A stretch of 56,018 nucleotides of DNA from the NCBI GenBank assembly GCA_020349245.1, contig CP070764.1:777446-833463 (forward strand), in the 5' to 3' direction. The notes under the pieces are model-generated. The model was given only the letters and a program-made list of their open reading frames with translations, was not told the DNA's origin and made no database searches. The translations under genes and the position numbers were made by a program. This stretch comes from Chloroflexota bacterium (GTDB lineage Bacteria > Chloroflexota > Anaerolineae > Anaerolineales > UBA4823). Positions 26,565-37,359 of this stretch are shown in pieces. The first letter of the stretch is position 1; every line of letters starts with the position of its first letter.

Positions 26565-28661
26565 TTAGCGTAAAATCAGATAGCCAATAATGACGACCAC
26601 ACCAAGTAATACCGATAATGCGTAGTTCCTGACATAACCGGTTTGAATTTTCCGCAGGCTGCCGGCAATGCGTACTGTAACCCTGGCTATGCCATTGGCG
26701 ATACCATCAATGAAGCCCAGGTCAAATGCACCCGCCAGGAACCTCGCTGACACTTTAAATCCACGGGCAATAACACTGTCGTGGAACCAGTCGTGCCAAA
26801 AACGCCAATCAACTGTTTCTGCCAAGAAATGAGATATCCGCACATAAGGATTCAAAATGATTGCTGAATATAACTCATCCACCCACCACTTGTTTTCCAT
26901 CCCGGTAAATATGGGTCCAAGCCATTGCCGCAGTGGATCGTCAGGTCTTTTTGCCGGCGGTAGATCCTGCAGCTGCTTGTATCGCCAGCTGTAAACGGCC
27001 CATGACAAGAAAAGGCCGAAGGCTGCAACCAGTGTGGCGACAATGGCGGTGACAATATTGAACTCAACGGGATGAATGGTCGTCACCGTGTGTTCGAGCC
27101 ATTCAGCAAACGAGTGCAGCCGCGGCAGGTTCAGAGTACCACCCACAGCAGAGAAGAATGCCAGCACGATCAGAGGTACCGTGATTAATGCCGGATTCTC
27201 CTTGGCGTGTTCAGTAGCTTCTGAGCGAGATTTCCCAAAGAAGACCATCAATACCTGCCTGCCCATGTAAAAAGCGGTCAGGAATGCTGCAAATATTAAA
27301 ATCCAATAGGCGGGCGGGAAGAGCATCTGCTCCTCCAAGAGGATCTCATCCTTCGACCAGAAGCCGGCAAAGGGAAAAATACCGACCAGAGCCAGGGAGC
27401 CAATTAAATAAACCCAAAAAGTTGTTTTCATCCGGGTGCGCAATCCACCCATGTTGCGCATATCTTGCGGGTCGAATTCGGTTCCCCCTTTCTTACCTTT
27501 GCTATTATGCTCCAAGTGATGGTGACCATGCTCAATTCCCAGGATCACAGAACCTGCACTTAAAAAGAGCAAAGCCTTGAAGAATGCGTGTGTGACCAGG
27601 TGGAACATCCCCGCTGCATAGGCACCAATACCAACTGCGGCGACCATGAAACCCAGCTGGCTTATCGTCGAATAAGCTAAAACCTTTTTTATATCAAATT
27701 GCCCCACGGCGATGGTGGCAGCAAAGAGCGCCGTAATCCCACCAACCAAGGCAACAATATCCTGGGCTTGCTGCACTGTTTCGTAAAGTGGAAATGAACG
27801 GGTGATCAAATACACACCAGCGGTAACCATGGTGGCAGCATGGATCAATGCCGAAACGGGCGTGGGACCTGCCATGGCATCTGGCAACCAGACATAGAGG
27901 GGGATCTGGGCTGATTTCCCCGCCACGCCAACAAGCATGAGCAGGGTGATCGCCAAGATGACAGATTCTGACACTTGTGCGGATTGGGCAAATACCTCTC
28001 CAAAATTCAAGGAACCGAAAGCCCCAAACATGATAAAAATGGCGATCAGCATACCAAAATCGCCAACACGGTTGGTGATGAACGCTTTCTTCGCTGCCAG
28101 GGCATTTCCGATGCCATCCTTCCCTTTCTCGAACCAAAATCCGATCAGCAGGTAGGAACACAAACCAACACCTTCCCAGCCCACAAAAAGCATCAGGTAA
28201 GAATCCGCGCTAACCAGGACCATCATGGCTGCGATGAATAAATTCATATAAACGAAGAAGCGCCTGTATCGCCCCGGATCGCCTTGAAAGCGCACATCAT
28301 CATGCATGTAACCAATCGAGTAAATGTGGATTAACGTTCCGACTCCAGCCACGACCAGCATCATCGTCACGGAGAGCGTGTCAACTTGAAATGCCCATTC
28401 GATCTGCAATTCACCGATACTGATCCAATCCACCAGGGGAACGATCACTTCTTCCGGATGGTTTAGTAAGGAAACACCTAATATCACGGCAACAAGGAAT
28501 GTCAGGCCTGCTGCAATACTGGCGATCCACCCGATGGCTTTCTCCCCTAACCACTTACCAAAGATGATATTGAACAGCAACCCGATCACTGGAATAAAAA
28601 CAACCAGGGGAACGAGATTGAAGAATGTAGGTCCAGATGCAGCTGTTTCGCTCAGGAACAT
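26565..28661 (-). CDS. nuoL: NADH-quinone oxidoreductase subunit L, with a lengthened lateral amphipathic helix
   Basis: GWEGVGLCSY, NRVGD, KSAQIPLYVWLPDAMAGPTPVSALIHAATMV, HAFFKALLFL, QTGYVRNYA. Confidence 0.96.
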   Translation of the reverse strand: MFLSETAASGPTFFNLVPLVVFIPVIGLLFNIIFGKWLGEKAIGWIASIAAGLTFLVAVILGVSLLNHPEEVIVPLVDWISIGELQIEWAFQVDTLSVTMMLVVAGVGTLIHIYSIGYMHDDVRFQGDPGRYRRFFVYMNLFIAAMMVLVSADSYLMLFVGWEGVGLCSYLLIGFWFEKGKDGIGNALAAKKAFITNRVGDFGMLIAIFIMFGAFGSLNFGEVFAQSAQVSESVILAITLLMLVGVAGKSAQIPLYVWLPDAMAGPTPVSALIHAATMVTAGVYLITRSFPLYETVQQAQDIVALVGGITALFAATIAVGQFDIKKVLAYSTISQLGFMVAAVGIGAYAAGMFHLVTHAFFKALLFLSAGSVILGIEHGHHHLEHNSKGKKGGTEFDPQDMRNMGGLRTRMKTTFWVYLIGSLALVGIFPFAGFWSKDEILLEEQMLFPPAYWILIFAAFLTAFYMGRQVLMVFFGKSRSEATEHAKENPALITVPLIVLAFFSAVGGTLNLPRLHSFAEWLEHTVTTIHPVEFNIVTAIVATLVAAFGLFLSWAVYSWRYKQLQDLPPAKRPDDPLRQWLGPIFTGMENKWWVDELYSAIILNPYVRISHFLAETVDWRFWHDWFHDSVIARGFKVSARFLAGAFDLGFIDGIANGIARVTVRIAGSLRKIQTGYVRNYALSVLLGVVVIIGYLILR

Positions 28662-28743
28662 GGATTAGCTCTCCAAGTCAGCCAAAATGATGATTCGATC
28701 AAAAATCCTAATCAATATTTCCAAACCGGTCCGAGTATCCTGC

Positions 28744-29043
28744 CTATTGCTTCAATTCATTCAGCTCGTCGACGTTAATGCTCCGCTTGGTTTTGAAGAT
28801 AGCTACGATCAATGCTAATCCCACGGCCACCTCTGCAGCGGCAACTGTGATCACAAAGAAAACCAGCACCTGCCCATTCAATGACTCATGAAGTTGGGAA
28901 AAGGCAACGAATGCTAGATTTGCCGCATTGAGCATCAATTCCACCGACATGAAGATAACGATAGCGTTTCGCCGGACCAAAACTCCCAGAGCACCGATCG
29001 TGAATAAAATTGCGGAAAGCACGAAGTAATATGAAACTGGCAT
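28744..29043 (-). CDS. nuoK: NADH-quinone oxidoreductase subunit K
   Basis: [26 protein letters not shown]. Confidence 0.96.
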   Translation of the reverse strand: MPVSYYFVLSAILFTIGALGVLVRRNAIVIFMSVELMLNAANLAFVAFSQLHESLNGQVLVFFVITVAAAEVAVGLALIVAIFKTKRSINVDELNELKQ

Positions 29044-29103
29044 TTCCTGTAGCTCCCGTAGGTTATGAACTTTCCAGATGAAACAATTTACAAATCACTG
29101 GAC

Positions 29104-29622
29104 TCATGATTTTTGATCCTTGGTCAGCACGATTGCACCAATCATCGCCACCAATAAGAGCACCGAGGTAATCTCAAACGGCAGCAGATATTCATTGAAC
29201 AACAATAAACCAATATCTGTCGGACTAGCATATCCGGAACTCAATGTGCCAAATCTCGGGAGTATCCCCTGCTGAAATCCAAGGGAATAAATAATGTAGC
29301 CGGTTTCGACGAGCAAAACTACGCCGAGTAGAATTGCAACCGGTCGTTGCCAGGGGAGATTTTCATCCTGGCGCAATTGTTCAGCACCCAGGAGCATGAT
29401 CACAAATAAGAATAAAACCATGATCGCTCCGGCATATACGGTAACCTGGGCCATAGCCAGAAATGGTGAACCCAGTAATAGAAAAAACACAGCAATAGTG
29501 GCGAAATTGATGACCAGGAAGAGGGCAGAATAAACAGCATTCCGGCTGAGTAGCATGCTGAAAGCAGAAGCAATTGCCACCACCGCTAATAAAATAAAGA
29601 GTATGAAGTCAGAAGTCATCAT
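29104..29622 (-). CDS. nuoJ: NADH-quinone oxidoreductase subunit J
   Basis: VYAGAIMVLFLFVIMLL, YLLPFEITSVLLLVAMIGAI. Confidence 0.96.
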   Translation of the reverse strand: MMTSDFILFILLAVVAIASAFSMLLSRNAVYSALFLVINFATIAVFFLLLGSPFLAMAQVTVYAGAIMVLFLFVIMLLGAEQLRQDENLPWQRPVAILLGVVLLVETGYIIYSLGFQQGILPRFGTLSSGYASPTDIGLLLFNEYLLPFEITSVLLLVAMIGAIVLTKDQKS

Positions 29623-29658
29623 TCACCCGATTTTTCATAGAGTTCCAAAGCACCAAGA

Positions 29659-30168
29659 TCAATCTGTGGGATCCAGCATCACAGGAATAGAGCGATCAAA
29701 TTTACCCGGCTCAACTTGCTGAGGAGTTGGTTTCCCAGTTTCCGGTACCGGAACAATCAATCTTTCCTTGGTATAAATCGCGCTTTCCCGATTGGTAAAA
29801 GATAGTTCGTAATTATCACCCAGGATGATCGCTTCCGTGGGACAGGCATCTTCACAATAACCACAGAAAATGCAGCGCAGCATGTTGATTTCGTACGTGC
29901 TGGCATACCGTTCACCTGGAGAAAACCGCGTTTGATCTGTGTTTTCGGAAGATTCAACAAAAATCGCATCCGCTGGACAGGCTGCTGCACATAATGCACA
30001 TCCAATGCACTTTTCTAATCCGTTCTCGTAGCGGTCCAAGAAATGCCTTCCTTTAAACCGCCGGGTGACCGGTAACTTATGCTCAGGATATTGGACCGTG
30101 ATAGGCTTTCCGAACATCGCCTTGAGCGTGGTCATTAAACCCCGAGCAAGGCCAACAACTGCACTCAT
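29659..30168 (-). CDS. nuoI: NADH-quinone oxidoreductase subunit I
   Basis: TVQYP; two 4Fe-4S motifs CIGCALCAAACP and CIFCGYCEDACP. Confidence 0.96.
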   Translation of the reverse strand: MSAVVGLARGLMTTLKAMFGKPITVQYPEHKLPVTRRFKGRHFLDRYENGLEKCIGCALCAAACPADAIFVESSENTDQTRFSPGERYASTYEINMLRCIFCGYCEDACPTEAIILGDNYELSFTNRESAIYTKERLIVPVPETGKPTPQQVEPGKFDRSIPVMLDPTD

Positions 30169-30170
30169 TC

Positions 30171-31175
30171 CTAACCTCCAATCAATACCAATACAACTGC
30201 AGTGAGGAACACGTTCGCCAGAGCGAGCGGTAATAAGAACTTCCAGCCGAACGCCATCAAGCGATCGTAACGCAATCGCGGTAGGGTCGCCCGGAGCCAG
30301 ATAAGGACGAACAGCAGGACCATGATCTTGAAAAACAGATAGAAAGGTCCCAAAATGGGAACCTGGTCAACAAAAGGTCCCTGAAAACCACCCAGGAATA
30401 GGGTGGCACCAATGGCACAGACAGCGATCATCTTGACATACTCTGCCATAAAAAACAGGGCGAATTTCATTCCCGAATATTCAGCGTGGTAACCAGCGGT
30501 CAGCTCTTGTTCCGCCTCTGGCATATCAAATGGTGCCCTGTTCACTTCGGCCACTGAAGCCACGAAGAAGATGATCGCGCCAAGCGGTTGGTAGACGATA
30601 AACCAGATTGGCTTCTGAGCTTCAACGATGCCCATCAGGCTCATCGTCTCCGCGATCAGGATGGGGCCGATCAGGGCAAGACCTAGAGCCAGCTCGTAGC
30701 TGATCATCTGGGCAGATGAACGCAAACCACCCATCATGGCATATTTGTTATTTGACGACCAACCTGCCATGACAATTCCATAAACCGAAATCGAAGCGAT
30801 TGCAACCAGGTATAGCACGCCAACATTGATATCGACGAGATATAGGGGAATTTCTCGACCAAATACGACGATCTGCGTCCCCCAGGGGATCACGGCGAGG
30901 ATCACCAGGGCCGGAAACACGGTAACCATCGGGGCTAATATAAAAACGATCTTGTACGCCTGTGCAGGGATCAATTCTTCTTTAAAGATTAGTTTGATCC
31001 CATCAGCCACCGGCTGGAGCCAGCCTGAAGGCCCAGCCCGGTTGGGCCCAATGCGCACCTGTATCCGGGCTAACGCCCTGCGCTCATAAAAAGTAAGGTA
31101 AGCAAAGCCGGTGACACAGAAAAGGAGGATGACAACGGCCTTTACGATCCACTCGATAATCAGCAAATAATCCAT
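30171..31175 (-). CDS. nuoH: NADH-quinone oxidoreductase subunit H
   Basis: R.GPNR.G..G.LQPVADGIKLIFKE, AQMISYE, NRAPFDMPEAEQEL..GY..EYSG, LPRLRYD. Confidence 0.96.
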   Translation of the reverse strand: MDYLLIIEWIVKAVVILLFCVTGFAYLTFYERRALARIQVRIGPNRAGPSGWLQPVADGIKLIFKEELIPAQAYKIVFILAPMVTVFPALVILAVIPWGTQIVVFGREIPLYLVDINVGVLYLVAIASISVYGIVMAGWSSNNKYAMMGGLRSSAQMISYELALGLALIGPILIAETMSLMGIVEAQKPIWFIVYQPLGAIIFFVASVAEVNRAPFDMPEAEQELTAGYHAEYSGMKFALFFMAEYVKMIAVCAIGATLFLGGFQGPFVDQVPILGPFYLFFKIMVLLFVLIWLRATLPRLRYDRLMAFGWKFLLPLALANVFLTAVVLVLIGG

Positions 31176-31187
31176 GGAACCATCCTG

Positions 31188-33725
31188 TTATGTCACGACC
31201 TGTTCGACAAGCTTTATTTCGACCGACATCGGTTCCCGAATTGGCAAGCCCATGCTGCGCGGCGATAAAACCACACCTTCCTGGATTGTTTCATCGAGAC
31301 GAGCAACAACCTCATAATCAAAGTCCAGGCAATGGAGATGAATACGATCGCCATCCTTTATGCCCAGGTGAGCCACCGATTCCGGGTGAATGATGATGAA
31401 GGGTTCAGGGATTCGTCGATGCAGCAATTCAGCAGTCATGACCGTTTGTCCACGGTCGTAGAGAATTGTGATGGGATATGCAGTGAGTTCATCTCCCTCA
31501 CCCGGCAGGGCATCTCCAGGTTGCACTGCTGACAAGGAAACCGGCTGGCCTTTTTGGGATGCCGGTGGGACCTGATAACCTAGGCCTTGAGAATTCTCAT
31601 AGGAAGTACCACCGTAATATAAATCACTGCGACCGATTATTGGCCACTGTTCAGCCACAGCGGAAATTTTCCCATATGAGACTTCTGCATAATCGGGGAT
31701 TTGTCCAGCAATTTGATCCATGATGCGGATCGGGTGCCTATCCTCAAGGTCAATCCCGGCCAACCTGCTGATCTGGGCAGTGATGGCAAAATCTGGACGA
31801 GTTTGCGGGCGTGGAGGAATCCCGGCGTAGAAGCGCTGTACTCGCCGCTCAGCATTGGTGAAGGTCCCTTCCCGCTCAATAAATGTTTTGGCTGGTAGGA
31901 CAACGTCCGCCAATTTCGCTGTCTCGGTTAAATAGATGTCCTGGACAAGAACGAAACCAGCGGATTGAATCGCTTCAGCCAGTTTCGGATTATCACCAGC
32001 AGGATCTGCTGCTGCGATATAGATTGCTTGCTTTGTGGTCAAAACCTCATTCAGGTTTGGGACGGGTTGAAAACCCATATCCCAGGCACCCTGAGTATTT
32101 CCACGCGGCCATACCGGGATCAAACCATTATTGACCTTACCGATGTGCCCCGTGCTGATCAATAGATTCGCACATGCCTGGGCGAGCTGCTGGGATGATT
32201 CGAAGCCGGTCCCCTCACTCCCATAGAAGATGAGCACATTTTCCGCCTCGACAATTTCCTTGGCTGCGGACTTTACCTCCTGGGAGCCTCCAAGTTGGTT
32301 AAATTTATCCGTAAGCTCGACCCTTTTCTTAGATAGTGCATTGGTCAGTGCAATCACCAAGGCTGCTTCCCCTCCGTACGGATAACGGAGGACATGGCTG
32401 GCTGAACGATCAGTTTTCGTGTGCCGGGGATTGGCGACGATCAATTTGGCACCTCGTTCAGCTGCCTGTTTGACTCTCAGCCAGTAAAGGGGGGCTTCTT
32501 CTTCCAAATCAGAGGCGACAACCAGGATGGTTGATTCTGGTCCCAGGTCTGAGAGATTTGTTCCCTGGCTGACTCCAACTTGGGCAACCAGGTCCCCGCC
32601 TGCCATTTCAGAAAGAAGCGCTGAACTACCTCCCAAGTGCTTGGATAACGCCTGCAGATTAAACAGATCTTCATTTGAGATCCGCCCGCTGACCAAAGTC
32701 AGCAGATCCGAGCCGGCCTCTTTTAATTTGCTGGCTGCTATTTTGAGGGCATTGTCCCAGGTTGCCGGGGTTAATTCTCCGTTTTCTTTTACTAGGGGCT
32801 GAATCAACCGATCTGGACTGCTGGTGTAATGGTGGGCAAAGCGACCTTTATCGCAAATCCAGATTTCATTCACAGCCTCATTCTGTCGGGGCAGGACTCG
32901 CTTGACGACGAAATCACCGCCAGTTTTGTGCTCCCGGCGGACATTCAAAGTCAGATTGCACCCAACGGGGCAGTGCGTACAGATCGAGGCAACCGCCTTC
33001 ATCTCCCAAGGTCTTGCCCCAAAGCGAAAATCGCTAGTTGTTAGAGCTCCAACAGGGCAGATATCTGTCGTGTTTCCCGAGAAATATGAATCGAAACCAG
33101 GTTCAGAATACGTCACAATTCTTAAAGATCGACCACGCTGTTCGAAGCCAATGACTGCATCATCCACGATCTCATCCTGAAAACGAACACAACGACCGCA
33201 CTGGATACAGCGCTCGCGATCGAGGAAAATCAATTCACCAAGTGGATAATGCTTCTCAAAATGGATTTTTTCATCATACAGGAAACGGCTCTCACCTGAT
33301 CCAAAATCCATGGTCAGGTTCTGCAGCGGGCACTCGCCACCCTTGTCACATACCGGGCAGTCCAAGGGATGCGAGGTGAGCAAGAATTCAATAACATCCT
33401 TTCGAGCACGGGCGACTTTATCTGATATACCGCGTACAACCATTCCCTCCGAGACGACTACCGTGCAGCCAGTCTCCAATTTTGGGGCAAACTGGATTAC
33501 ATAACTACCATCCTCATTACGTTCCAGCTCACCGGTTTTACGGCTCATCTGCGGTCGGCCGATCTCGACCAGACACATGCGGCACATCCCCACCGGCTCC
33601 ATCTTGGGATGATAACAAAACACCGGGATATCCACACCTGCTTTTTTGGCAGCATCCACAACCAGCGTACCCGGGGGCACCTGGACTTCTAATCCATCTA
33701 TCACCACACTTATCAGTTGACCCAT
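31188..33725 (-). CDS. nuoG: NADH-quinone oxidoreductase subunit G
   Basis: FCYHP..CRMC...C (N1b), HPLDCPVCDKGGEC (N5), CIQCGRC...CP (N4), CTHCPVGC...CDKGR (N7). Start set at MGQLIS after GGAG. Confidence 0.95.
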   Translation of the reverse strand: MGQLISVVIDGLEVQVPPGTLVVDAAKKAGVDIPVFCYHPKMEPVGMCRMCLVEIGRPQMSRKTGELERNEDGSYVIQFAPKLETGCTVVVSEGMVVRGISDKVARARKDVIEFLLTSHPLDCPVCDKGGECPLQNLTMDFGSGESRFLYDEKIHFEKHYPLGELIFLDRERCIQCGRCVRFQDEIVDDAVIGFEQRGRSLRIVTYSEPGFDSYFSGNTTDICPVGALTTSDFRFGARPWEMKAVASICTHCPVGCNLTLNVRREHKTGGDFVVKRVLPRQNEAVNEIWICDKGRFAHHYTSSPDRLIQPLVKENGELTPATWDNALKIAASKLKEAGSDLLTLVSGRISNEDLFNLQALSKHLGGSSALLSEMAGGDLVAQVGVSQGTNLSDLGPESTILVVASDLEEEAPLYWLRVKQAAERGAKLIVANPRHTKTDRSASHVLRYPYGGEAALVIALTNALSKKRVELTDKFNQLGGSQEVKSAAKEIVEAENVLIFYGSEGTGFESSQQLAQACANLLISTGHIGKVNNGLIPVWPRGNTQGAWDMGFQPVPNLNEVLTTKQAIYIAAADPAGDNPKLAEAIQSAGFVLVQDIYLTETAKLADVVLPAKTFIEREGTFTNAERRVQRFYAGIPPRPQTRPDFAITAQISRLAGIDLEDRHPIRIMDQIAGQIPDYAEVSYGKISAVAEQWPIIGRSDLYYGGTSYENSQGLGYQVPPASQKGQPVSLSAVQPGDALPGEGDELTAYPITILYDRGQTVMTAELLHRRIPEPFIIIHPESVAHLGIKDGDRIHLHCLDFDYEVVARLDETIQEGVVLSPRSMGLPIREPMSVEIKLVEQVVT

Positions 33726-33807
33726 ACTCGCTCCATCTTTTGTGACAATAACATTGAGAGCGTATTCTTCAAACAACCAGATTAATCAAATCGCTTGTAA
33801 TCTTTGG

Positions 33808-35079
33808 TTATTCTGTGTTTGAATTCTCCTTGACCTTGGACTTGAAATCAGCCTCAAACCGCTCGAGCCCGGAAGTAACCGCTTCGATAGAAAATTCACC
33901 AAGGGCGCAGAGACATTTACCTTTAATTTGCAGGGCTACTTCGTTCAGCAATTCAACATCCTTCCAAGATGCGTCTCCGCCATGAACTCGGTCGATAATA
34001 TGGCGCATCCAATATGTTCCTTCCCGACATGGAGTACATTTTCCACAAGATTCATGACTGAAGAAGTGCAGCGTTTTGTGGAGGACCCAATCAATACCCA
34101 CCGAATCGTCAATTACGATCACAGATGCAGATCCCAGGGCGGCACCCAGGTTGGGCACACTTTCATAATCCATGGGAGTATCGAGAGCTTCTTCATTGGC
34201 AATGATCAGCGAAGATGAAGCTCCGGCAGCCATGATGGCTTTGATCTTTCTTCCATCGGGGATGACGCCGCCATGCTCAAAGATCAATTCCCGGAAAGTG
34301 GTCCCCAGAGGCAGCTCGTAATTACCGGGCTTATTCACCCGGCCTGATAGGCTGAATATCTTAGGACCAGTGCTTTTTTCAGTTCCAATCGACGTATACC
34401 ATTTCACGCCGCGGGTAATGATCAGCGGTACATTGGTCAGCGTCTCTACATTATTGACCACAGTGGGTTTTCCATACAACCCATACGAAGGCGGGAACGG
34501 GGGACGTAATCTGGGCTGACCCAGTTTACCTTCCATTGACTCAAGCAGGGCGGTTTCTTCGCCGCAGATATATGCACCTGCTCCGAGGTGGGTGAAGATC
34601 CGCAAGGAATACTCGGTACCAAAGAGATTTCCGCCCAATAATCCAGCGTCTTCCAGCTCTTTGATCTGCTGATCCAGCTTGGCAGCGATCTGCCAGAACT
34701 CACCTCGCAAGTAGACGTATGCTTCATTGGCCTGGATCGCAAAGGCAGCCAGAGCAACCCCCTCCAGGAATTGAAATGGGTTGCCTTCCATGATCTCACG
34801 GTCCTTGAAGGTCCCTGGCTCAGATTCATCCGCATTTGCCACGACGTAGTGCGGCCAATTCTCATTGTCGATGAATGTCCATTTCAATCCCGTTGGAAAG
34901 CCCGCGCCGCCCCTACCACGCAGCCCAGAGGATTTCACTGCATCCGTAACATCATACGGATTCATGCTTGTGACTGCTTTGTGGAATGCTTCAAAACCAC
35001 CATGCTGACGATAGATATCCAGCTGGTTCAAATCTGGTATTTGGCGATGGCGCAGCAAGATAAGTTCATTCATCGTCAT
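33808..35079 (-). CDS. nuoF: NADH-quinone oxidoreductase subunit F
   Basis: GLRGRGGAGFPTG.KW, NADESEPGTFKDR, GAGAYICGEETAL, ESCGKCTPCREG. Confidence 0.96.
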   Translation of the reverse strand: MTMNELILLRHRQIPDLNQLDIYRQHGGFEAFHKAVTSMNPYDVTDAVKSSGLRGRGGAGFPTGLKWTFIDNENWPHYVVANADESEPGTFKDREIMEGNPFQFLEGVALAAFAIQANEAYVYLRGEFWQIAAKLDQQIKELEDAGLLGGNLFGTEYSLRIFTHLGAGAYICGEETALLESMEGKLGQPRLRPPFPPSYGLYGKPTVVNNVETLTNVPLIITRGVKWYTSIGTEKSTGPKIFSLSGRVNKPGNYELPLGTTFRELIFEHGGVIPDGRKIKAIMAAGASSSLIIANEEALDTPMDYESVPNLGAALGSASVIVIDDSVGIDWVLHKTLHFFSHESCGKCTPCREGTYWMRHIIDRVHGGDASWKDVELLNEVALQIKGKCLCALGEFSIEAVTSGLERFEADFKSKVKENSNTE

Positions 35080-35570
35080 GCATCCTGCTTTCGGAAGGTT
35101 TCGATCACTTTCAAAGCGCTGTCCATGGTCTGGTTCTCGTAATAAGATATACCCTCAGGGGATTGCACCTGGAACATCGGTGCTCGATCGCAAGCAGCCA
35201 AGCACATAACCGCTTCAACTGTCACCGACCCGTCTGCGCTGGTGCCACCCACTTTTACACCCAGATTCTCACACAGCTGCTCCAGGAACTCATCAGACCC
35301 CCGCAATGCACAGGGGAGATCATTACAGACCTGTACCCGAATTTTCCCTCCAGGATGGTCATGGTAAAGCGTGTAGAAGCCAACAACTGAAGCCACGTCA
35401 GTCGGGGTAATGCCCAGGATTCCACCGATCTCAACTATATCCTCTTTGGTGATATAGCCTCCCTCTTGCTGGGCTAGATACAACAAAGGCATCACAGCCG
35501 AACGTTTTTGATCAGGGGGATACTTGGCTAATATGACCTCAATTTCTGCGGCGTATTTTTCAGCTATCAT
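35076..35570 (-). CDS. nuoE: NADH-quinone oxidoreductase subunit E
   Basis: FYTLY, VCNDLPC, CLAACDRAP 2Fe-2S ligands. Confidence 0.95.
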   Translation of the reverse strand: MIAEKYAAEIEVILAKYPPDQKRSAVMPLLYLAQQEGGYITKEDIVEIGGILGITPTDVASVVGFYTLYHDHPGGKIRVQVCNDLPCALRGSDEFLEQLCENLGVKVGGTSADGSVTVEAVMCLAACDRAPMFQVQSPEGISYYENQTMDSALKVIETFRKQDA

Positions 35571-35588
35571 GTTCCCTCAAATCGAGCA

Positions 35589-36818
35589 TCAACGATCAAT
35601 ATCTCCAAGAACAAAGTCGGTGGTTCCAATCAAAGCGACTAAATCTGCTACCAGGTGACCCTTCGCCAGAACAGGCAAGATCTGAAGATTATCAAAGGAA
35701 GGTGTCCGCCAATGGACCCGGTAAGGTTTGGTTCCGCCATCACTTTCCAGATACACTCCCAGGACACCACGCGGGGATTCAGTGGCCGCATAAACGGAAC
35801 CTTTGGGCATTTCATAGCCTTCCGTCCACAGCTTGAAGTGATGGATGACAGCCTCCATGCTGGTCCCAAGCTCAGACCGCGGGGGTGGGACAAACTTGCG
35901 GTTGTTGCTACGAACAGGTCCATATGGCAGCTTGTCTAAAGCCTGTTCCACGATGCGCAGGGACTGCCGCATCTCCTCCATCCTTACCAGGTAGCGTGCA
36001 TAGGTATCACCATCGGTATGGGTTGGGATCTCAAATTCGTACTGCTCATAACCTATATAAGGGTGAGATTTCCTAAGATCTTGTTTTACCCCTGAAGCGC
36101 GCAGCATCGGTCCGGTGACACCATAATGGATCGCCTCCTCCACCTTGAGAATTCCCAGGCCCTTGGTCCGATCGATAAAAATCGGATTCTCATTTAACAT
36201 GCCTTCGTATTCACTGATCCGCTTGGGAAAGGTCTTGATAAATTCTCGGACTGCACCTTCGAACTCCACTGGAACATCCCGCCAAAGACCCCCGGGGCGG
36301 AAATACGTGGTCATCATCCGCTGGCCTGAAACCATCTCGTTGATATCCAGAATCATTTCCCGTTCGCGAAAGGTGTACCAGAAGACGGAGATTGCAGCCA
36401 GGTCCAAGGTATGGGTTCCCAGCCAAACCAAATGTGAGGCGATCCGCTGCAGTTCGGTGAGGATCACCCGGATTGCCTGAGCCCGCTCTGGCACATCCAA
36501 ATCTGCCAGCTTCTCGATCGCCATGCAGTAGACCAAGTTGTTGCCGAGGTTGTTAAGGTAATCCAGCCTGTCCGTCATCACTGCAGCTTTCTCATACGAC
36601 TTGGCTTCCATATTCTTCTCAATCCCGGTATGCAGGAAGCCAATATCCGGAAAACAATTCACAACGATCTCGCCATCCAGTTCGAGCAGTAAACGCAGTA
36701 CTCCATGGGTGCTGGGGTGCTGAGGGCCCATATTCAGCAGCATGGTTTCGCCTTTTATGGCTCGTTCAGAAACCAGATGTCGCAATTCTTTGAATGCAAA
36801 TTCTGATTGATCTAACAT
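35589..36818 (-). CDS. nuoD: NADH-quinone oxidoreductase subunit D
   Basis: NMGPQHPSTHGVLR, DRLDY, ESPRG, C-terminal GDIDR; no NiFe CxxC. Confidence 0.96.
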   Translation of the reverse strand: MLDQSEFAFKELRHLVSERAIKGETMLLNMGPQHPSTHGVLRLLLELDGEIVVNCFPDIGFLHTGIEKNMEAKSYEKAAVMTDRLDYLNNLGNNLVYCMAIEKLADLDVPERAQAIRVILTELQRIASHLVWLGTHTLDLAAISVFWYTFREREMILDINEMVSGQRMMTTYFRPGGLWRDVPVEFEGAVREFIKTFPKRISEYEGMLNENPIFIDRTKGLGILKVEEAIHYGVTGPMLRASGVKQDLRKSHPYIGYEQYEFEIPTHTDGDTYARYLVRMEEMRQSLRIVEQALDKLPYGPVRSNNRKFVPPPRSELGTSMEAVIHHFKLWTEGYEMPKGSVYAATESPRGVLGVYLESDGGTKPYRVHWRTPSFDNLQILPVLAKGHLVADLVALIGTTDFVLGDIDR

Positions 36819-36827
36819 AAATTTAAC

Positions 36828-37346
36828 TCACTCTTTAGCGTAAGGTTTATCCCGGTCAATTTCTTCAGCATTGAAAGAGAATTGCACCTCTTCATAACCC
36901 AAAGGATAATCCTTGCGCAGTGGATGTCCCTGCCAGTCATGCGGCATCAGTATTCGCCGCAAGTCTGGATGACCTTCAAAGTGTATGCCAAACATATCCC
37001 AGATTTCCCGTTCCCGCCAATTTGCATTAGCATACAATTCCACAACGCTCGGCATACTAGGAGATATCCCGGATACAGGAACACGTATGCCAACCCGCAG
37101 ATGTCCCTCGATGGCATAAAGCCAATAAACCACATGAAAACGCGGTTCTTCCTGAGGCCAATAATCGACCGCGGTCATGACTTCCAGGAAGGTAAAACCA
37201 AATTCGTCGCGCAGTGTTCGACAAATTTCAACAATGTCTTCTCTGGAGACAATGAAACTGGTCTCTCCCCGGAATTCCAGGATTTCCACCTTAAAATGCT
37301 CTGCTAAATTGGAGGAAATGTTCTCAAGTTTATTATTCATGGCCAT
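36828..37346 (-). CDS. nuoC: NADH-quinone oxidoreductase subunit C
   Basis: [34 protein letters not shown]. Confidence 0.96.
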   Translation of the reverse strand: MAMNNKLENISSNLAEHFKVEILEFRGETSFIVSREDIVEICRTLRDEFGFTFLEVMTAVDYWPQEEPRFHVVYWLYAIEGHLRVGIRVPVSGISPSMPSVVELYANANWREREIWDMFGIHFEGHPDLRRILMPHDWQGHPLRKDYPLGYEEVQFSFNAEEIDRDKPYAKE

Positions 37347-37359
37347 TTACCCAAGCCTT

